This document shows positions 27,195 through 32,000 of a DNA stretch of 32,000 nt, in pieces. Made by a program: the position numbers and the translations under genes. The notes under the pieces were generated by a model. That model saw nothing but the letters and a program-made list of their open reading frames with translations, was not told the DNA's origin and did no database searches. Numbering within the stretch: the first letter of the stretch is position 1; each line of letters starts with the position of its first letter. Source of the DNA: Aeromonas lacus (GTDB taxonomy: Bacteria > Pseudomonadota > Gammaproteobacteria > Enterobacterales > Aeromonadaceae); contig NZ_JRGM01000026.1 of assembly GCF_000764665.1 (NCBI RefSeq), positions 28,280 to 60,279 of the forward strand. The letters are read 5' to 3'.

Positions 27195-28721
27195 TCAGGA
27201 GGAGAGTTTGCCATCCAGTTCGGCAATCTTGGCAGACCAGTAGGCCGGGCCGGTTTCGTGGATATTGTTGCCTTCGGAGTCGACCGCAACGGTCACCGGC
27301 ATATCTTCCACTTCAAACTCGTAGATAGCTTCCATGCCGAGATCGGCAAAGGCCACTACCCGCGCCTTCTTGATGGCCTTGGCCACCAGATAGGCGGCGC
27401 CGCCCACCGCCATCAGATAGACGGCCTTGTGCTGCTTGATGCTCTCGACGGTTTTCGGGCCACGCTCGGATTTGCCGATCATGCCGATAAGGCCGGTGTC
27501 ACCCAGCATCATGTCGGTGAACTTGTCCATCCGGGTGGAGGTGGTGGGGCCAGCCGGGCCAACCACTTCGTCACGCACCGCATCGACCGGGCCAACGTAG
27601 TAGATGAAGCGGTTGGTAAAATCGACCCCTTCCGGCAGCCCTTCGCCACGGGCCAGCATGTCGGCGATACGCTTGTGGGCAGCATCGCGGCCGGTAAGGA
27701 TCTTGCCTGACAGCAGCACGGTATCACCGCTCTTCCAGCTGGCCAGCTCGGCCTTGGTGATGCCGTCGACGTTGACACGGCGCACGTTGCCACCCGCTTC
27801 ACGGGTGATCTCCGGCCAGTCACTCAGTTTCGGCGGGGTCAGTTCGGCGGGGCCTGAACCATCCAGTTCAAAGTGAACGTGACGGGTCGCAGCGCAGTTG
27901 GGGATCATCACTACCGGCTTGGAGGCAGCGTGAGTCGGCGCGGATTTCACCTTCACATCCAGCACGGTAGTGAGGCCGCCCAGACCCTGGGCACCGATCC
28001 CCAGCTTGTTGACCTTGTCGTAGAGCTCGACACGCAGCTTCTCTTCGGTAGTTTGCGGGCCACGAGCGATCAACTCCTGAATGTCGATGTGCTCCATCAG
28101 CGCCTCTTTGGCCAGCACGGCTGCCTTCTCGGCAGTACCGCCGATGCCGATGCCGAGCATACCTGGCGGGCACCATCCCGCACCCATGGTCGGCACGGTT
28201 TTCAGCACCCACTCGACGATATCATCGGAGGGGTTGAGCATGACCATCTTGGATTTGTTCTCGGAACCACCGCCCTTGGCGGCGATGCTCACCTCAACCT
28301 TGTCACCCGGGATCATGTCGATATGGACGACCGCCGGGGCATTGTCTTTGGTGTTTTTGCGACTGCCAGCCGGATCGGCCAGCACCGAGGCGCGCAGCGG
28401 GTTGTCCGGATTGGTGTAGGCACGGCGGGTACCTTCATCCACCATCTCCTGCACTGTCATGTCGCTGTCCCACTGCACCTGCATGCCGATCTTCACAAAG
28501 CAGGTGACGATGCCGGTATCCTGACAGAGCGGACGGTGGCCTTCGGCAGACATGCGCGAGTTGATCAGGATCTGGGCCAGAGCATCCTTGGCTGCGGGGT
28601 TGGCTTCCCGATCATAAGCAGCTTTGGCGGCCTGGACAAAATCCAGCGGGTGGTAATAGGAGATGTACTGGAGGGCATCTGCGATGGAATCGATAAAATC
28701 CTGTTTTTTTATAATGCTCAT
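27195..28721 (-). CDS. Class I (4Fe-4S dependent) fumarate hydratase, about 508-aa single-chain type
   Basis: Track ORF 27195..28802, trimmed to ATG 28721 (MSIIKKQDFIDSIADALQYISYYHPLDF...), which has GAGGA 4 nt upstream. ...PLCQDTGIV..., GGGSENKS, GMLGIGIGGT, IPNCAATRH, and a C-terminal beta-domain TGRDAAHKR...MIGKSERG. Confidence 0.92.
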   Translation of the reverse strand: MSIIKKQDFIDSIADALQYISYYHPLDFVQAAKAAYDREANPAAKDALAQILINSRMSAEGHRPLCQDTGIVTCFVKIGMQVQWDSDMTVQEMVDEGTRRAYTNPDNPLRASVLADPAGSRKNTKDNAPAVVHIDMIPGDKVEVSIAAKGGGSENKSKMVMLNPSDDIVEWVLKTVPTMGAGWCPPGMLGIGIGGTAEKAAVLAKEALMEHIDIQELIARGPQTTEEKLRVELYDKVNKLGIGAQGLGGLTTVLDVKVKSAPTHAASKPVVMIPNCAATRHVHFELDGSGPAELTPPKLSDWPEITREAGGNVRRVNVDGITKAELASWKSGDTVLLSGKILTGRDAAHKRIADMLARGEGLPEGVDFTNRFIYYVGPVDAVRDEVVGPAGPTTSTRMDKFTDMMLGDTGLIGMIGKSERGPKTVESIKQHKAVYLMAVGGAAYLVAKAIKKARVVAFADLGMEAIYEFEVEDMPVTVAVDSEGNNIHETGPAYWSAKIAELDGKLSS

Positions 28722-28928
28722 ATCATCCTCACTGGTCCTTGCGTCACACTGGTGCGATGGACAAGGGCTTCCATATGATGGCTGTACAGAGGCGCAAACC
28801 AAACACTATCAGTCAGCAAAAAACCTGAAGCACAGCAGTTTTTTCTTTAGTCACCGCCACCTATGATACGCTTGCCCACCAGCACCGACTAGGGTTCGGG
28901 AATCAAACTGTTGCCTGTGTAACATAAA

Positions 28929-30299
28929 ATGACGCCATCACTGCATATCCATTATCCAGATCATCACACACCTCTCCACGCGCTATTTGCACGGCTGCAA
29001 CATCAGCCGTGGGCCATGCTGCTGGAGTCAGCCGGACCACTTGGTGCCGACAATGGCTTCGACATCATCACCGCCGATCCGCTGGCGACTCTCGAAACCT
29101 GTGGCCAGCTCACCACAGTGCGCTGTAGCAATGTAGAAAGAGAGCATCATGGCGACCCTCTCACCCTGCTGGCCGAACTTCAGCAACAACTGCTTGGCCA
29201 ACCGGTCGCGCACAACAGCAAACTGCCCTTTATAGGCGGGGCGCTCGGGCTGTTTGGCTACGATCTGGGCCGCCATTTTGAACAGCTGCCAAGTCAGGCT
29301 GCCGCCGATATCAAGGTGCCCGACATGGCGGTGGGGCTCTACGACTGGGCGCTGCTGCGCAGCGTCGAGACCGGAGCCTGGCAACTGGTGCACTGGGGTG
29401 ATGAAGCGGGTCTTGCCAGACGTATCGCCTGGCTCGAGCAGCAAGTGGCCGAACCTGCGCCGCCTTTCCACCTGCAAGGCAGCTGGCAAAGCAACATGAG
29501 CCGGGAAGCCTATGGCGAGAAGTTTGCCCGCATTCAGGAGTACCTCGCGGCGGGGGATTGCTACCAGATCAACCTGACCCAGCGCTTCAGTGCCCCCTAT
29601 CAGGGCGATGAGTGGCAGGCTTACTGCACGCTGGCGGCGGCCAACAAGGCGCCTTTCTCCGCCTTTTTGCGCTTGCCGGACAGCGCCATTTTAAGCCTCT
29701 CCCCCGAGCGTTTCTTGCTGCTCGATGGTCACCATATCGAGACCAAGCCCATCAAGGGCACACGCCCGCGTCATCCTGATCCAGCCATCGATAGGGCAAT
29801 TGCTCAGGAATTGTCAGAGGCGGACAAGGACAGATCAGAGAATTTGATGATCGTGGATCTGCTGCGCAACGACATCGGGCGGGTGAGCAGGCCGGGTTCG
29901 GTCAGCGTCCCTCACCTCTTTGCGGTGGAGTCCTTTCCGGCAGTGCACCATCTGGTCTCCACCATTCATGGCGAACTCGATAGCCGCTGGCAAGGCGTCG
30001 ATCTGCTGCGCGCCTGCTTCCCGGGCGGCTCCATCACAGGGGCGCCCAAGATCCGCGCCATGGAGATCATCGAGGAGCTGGAGCCCCAGCGACGCAACGC
30101 CTACTGCGGCAGCATCGGCTACCTCAGCCAGCATGGCCGGATGGACACCAGCATCTGCATTCGCACCCTGATTGCCGAAGCGGGCCGTCTGCACTGCTGG
30201 GCCGGTGGCGGCATCATCGCCGACTCCGACGCCGACAGCGAATATCAGGAGACCTATGACAAGGTCGCCCGCATTCTGCCCCTGCTCACCGCACTGTGA
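28929..30299 (+). CDS. pabB: Aminodeoxychorismate synthase component I
   Basis: 456 aa. PWAMLLES, GGALGLFGYDLG, GDCYQINLTQRF, SLSPERF, PIKGTRPR, DRSENLMIVDLLRNDIGRV, FPGGSITGAPKIRAMEII. No obvious SD before ATG 28929. Confidence 0.93.
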   Translation: MTPSLHIHYPDHHTPLHALFARLQHQPWAMLLESAGPLGADNGFDIITADPLATLETCGQLTTVRCSNVEREHHGDPLTLLAELQQQLLGQPVAHNSKLPFIGGALGLFGYDLGRHFEQLPSQAAADIKVPDMAVGLYDWALLRSVETGAWQLVHWGDEAGLARRIAWLEQQVAEPAPPFHLQGSWQSNMSREAYGEKFARIQEYLAAGDCYQINLTQRFSAPYQGDEWQAYCTLAAANKAPFSAFLRLPDSAILSLSPERFLLLDGHHIETKPIKGTRPRHPDPAIDRAIAQELSEADKDRSENLMIVDLLRNDIGRVSRPGSVSVPHLFAVESFPAVHHLVSTIHGELDSRWQGVDLLRACFPGGSITGAPKIRAMEIIEELEPQRRNAYCGSIGYLSQHGRMDTSICIRTLIAEAGRLHCWAGGGIIADSDADSEYQETYDKVARILPLLTAL

Positions 30300-30340
30300 G
30301 CCAGAGCCCCAGATAAACTGCCACGGAACCACGTCACGCC

Positions 30341-30907
30341 ATGGAACGCCAAGAACTGCTGACCCGTTTCTCCCTGCAACGACCAGCCCCGGCACATCGT
30401 CTCACCGTTGCCGGCCTCAGTCCGGCGGCGGTGCTGGTGCCTATCGTGGAGCGCCACGATGGCCTTCACCTACTGCTCACCCGTCGCAGTGCCCGGCTGC
30501 GCCATCATGCCGGGCAAATAAGCTTTCCGGGCGGGCGTCAGGATCCCGATGATCAGGATCTCATCGCCACCGCGCTGCGGGAGACCGAAGAGGAGCTCGG
30601 CATCCCCTCTCATCTCGTGCAGGTGATCGGCACCCTCAATCCGCTCAATACCATCTCGCGCTTCGAGGTGCTGCCGGTGCTGGCTCTGCTCAATGCCGAC
30701 TACTCCCTCGAATTGAGTGCAGATGAGGTAGAACATGCCTTTGAGGTACCGTTAAACCACCTGCTCGATCGCCGCAATCATATCGCCCTCACCTTTGTTC
30801 GGGCGGGCAAACAGCACACCGTCTACTGGATCCCCTGGCAACAGCACTACATCTGGGGTGCCACGGCCAGCATGATCTGTCAGCTGACCCAGCACCTCGA
30901 GAAGTAA
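30341..30907 (+). CDS. nudL: Nudix hydrolase, CoA pyrophosphatase type (NudL/YeaB-like)
   Basis: Nudix box GQISFPGGRQDPDDQDLIATALRETEEELGI. It lies directly downstream of pabB as in E. coli (pabB-nudL-sdaA). Confidence 0.85.
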   Translation: MERQELLTRFSLQRPAPAHRLTVAGLSPAAVLVPIVERHDGLHLLLTRRSARLRHHAGQISFPGGRQDPDDQDLIATALRETEEELGIPSHLVQVIGTLNPLNTISRFEVLPVLALLNADYSLELSADEVEHAFEVPLNHLLDRRNHIALTFVRAGKQHTVYWIPWQQHYIWGATASMICQLTQHLEK

Positions 30908-31123
30908 CAATTTGGCAACTTGCGGCAGGGCGGAATTTAATCATTAACATTAAACCAACGTGTCAAATGCTAAACAAAAATTGATTTTTTACTGTTTTGA
31001 TCACGTTTCTATAAGAAACTCGGGGTTTTCGTCTGTTAAAGATGAATTTGATCAACATTTTTGATTAAAAAAACCGTATCCTTGCCGCCGACTTAATAAG
31101 AACCACAATTCGGGGTGAGATAG

Positions 31124-32000
31124 ATGTCAAATACTGTCACTGGCGCACAGGATGTCGCGACCGTAAAGGAGCAAGGAACGAACTTCGTCCAGAGTAAAGG
31201 CTGGACAAAACAAGATTCAACCTGGGTTATCAGCCTGTTTGGTACTGCTGTTGGCGCAGGCATCCTGTTCCTGCCGATCAACGCAGGCATGGGCGGCTTC
31301 TGGCCACTGGTGGTGATGGCGCTGCTGGTTGGCCCGATGACCTATCTGGCCCACCGTGGTCTGGCCCGCTTCGTACTCTCCTCCAAAAAGCCCAATGCAG
31401 ACATCACCGAAGTGGTTGAAGAGCACTTTGGTGCCGGTGCAGGCAAGCTGATCACCCTGCTCTACTTCTTCGCGATCTACCCTATCGTGCTGATCTACGG
31501 CGTGGGCATCACCAACACCGTGGAAAGCTTCATGGTCAACCAGCTGCAGATGAGTGCACCGCCGCGCTGGATCCTCTCCATCGTGCTGATCATGGGCATG
31601 ATGTCCGTGATGCTGGCCGGCGAGAAGTTGATGCTGAAAGTGACCGAAGTACTGGTCTATCCGCTGATCGCCATCCTGGCCGGTATCTCCCTCTACCTGA
31701 TCCCGGACTGGACCGGTGCGGCTCTGGAGCAAGTGCCTTCTGCCAAGGATTTCGCCGTCACTCTGTGGCTGACCATCCCGGTGCTGGTCTTCTCCTTCAA
31801 CCACAGCCCGGCCATCTCCAGCTTCTCGCTGGCCCAGCGCCGCGACCACGGTGAGCACGCCGTCGAGAAAGCCGATGCCATCCTCAAGCGTACCGCCATG
31901 GTGCTGCTGGGCTTCGTGATGTTCTTCGTGTTCTCCTGCGTGATGAGTCTGACACCGGCTCAGCTGGCTGAAGCCAAAGCCCAGAACATCGCCGTGCTCT
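31124..32000 (+). CDS. sdaC: Serine transporter SdaC (HAAAP family); C-terminal part beyond the right window edge
   Basis: Absent from the ORF track because there is no stop in the window. Hand translation from ATG 31124 (GGGGTGAGA upstream) gives [136 protein letters not shown]...[13 protein letters not shown]...[26 protein letters not shown]. The frame is open to 32000. It is highly similar to my recollection of E. coli SdaC. Confidence 0.9.
   Translation, partial: MSNTVTGAQDVATVKEQGTNFVQSKGWTKQDSTWVISLFGTAVGAGILFLPINAGMGGFWPLVVMALLVGPMTYLAHRGLARFVLSSKKPNADITEVVEEHFGAGAGKLITLLYFFAIYPIVLIYGVGITNTVESFMVNQLQMSAPPRWILSIVLIMGMMSVMLAGEKLMLKVTEVLVYPLIAILAGISLYLIPDWTGAALEQVPSAKDFAVTLWLTIPVLVFSFNHSPAISSFSLAQRRDHGEHAVEKADAILKRTAMVLLGFVMFFVFSCVMSLTPAQLAEAKAQNIAVL

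Noticed and set aside
30958-31070. CRP site (TGTCA-AATGCT-AAACA) or FNR site (around TTGATCAAC) upstream of sdaC.
   Set aside because: The CRP-like site matches 7 of 10 core positions. The TTGAT motifs lack a correctly spaced ATCAA partner.
1-32000. Whole-window search by eye for tRNA/rRNA, CRISPR repeats, IS inverted repeats or transposases, integrases, and known defence or toxin-antitoxin gene pairs.
   Set aside because: No periodic repeat-spacer pattern was found. There is no T-psi-C-like GGTTCGAATCC context, no transposase, integrase, nuclease or ATPase-type accessory ORFs, and no matS or dif consensus. Every large ORF is accounted for by housekeeping or metabolic families.

Overview
This window reads as an ordinary core-chromosome segment of a gammaproteobacterium. 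Sampled coding lines run roughly 60-65% G+C. Gene content and synteny look Aeromonas-like, but that is my inference and is not verified. I can support 25 protein-coding genes plus one candidate mini-ORF.

Gene content, left to right:
- (1) A minus-strand ygeW-ygeX(dpaL)-ygeY-hyuA cluster. It encodes an orphan carbamoyltransferase, diaminopropionate ammonia-lyase, an M20 peptidase and a hydantoinase, and it runs off the left edge.
- (2) A poorly characterised block: alpha/beta hydrolase, a 67-aa protein, a secreted hypothetical protein, a second-copy peptide deformylase translationally coupled to a GNAT acetyltransferase, and an RlpA-like lipoprotein.
- (3) The conserved elyC <> cmoM-mukF-mukE-mukB condensin locus.
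- (4) tpiA and pfkA.
- (5) A 1.4-kb ORF-poor, low-GC island.
- (6) A DAACS-family symporter, ppnP, two divergent tandem L-serine dehydratases, class I fumarate hydratase, pabB, nudL, and sdaC, which runs off the right edge.

Two real genes, hyuA at 1-1346 and sdaC at 31124-32000, are missing from the supplied ORF track because they have no stop codon inside the window. I recovered both by hand translation.

I found no rRNA, tRNA, CRISPR array, IS or transposase, integrase, or recognisable defence or toxin system. The only region that is not straightforwardly explained is the low-GC island at about 20.65-22.05 kb. It holds a well-signalled 27-codon hydrophobic mini-ORF, an sRNA-like 3' module with an intrinsic terminator, and an 11-nt direct repeat. 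I flag it as the best candidate for something undescribed, but the evidence is purely sequence-pattern based and modest.
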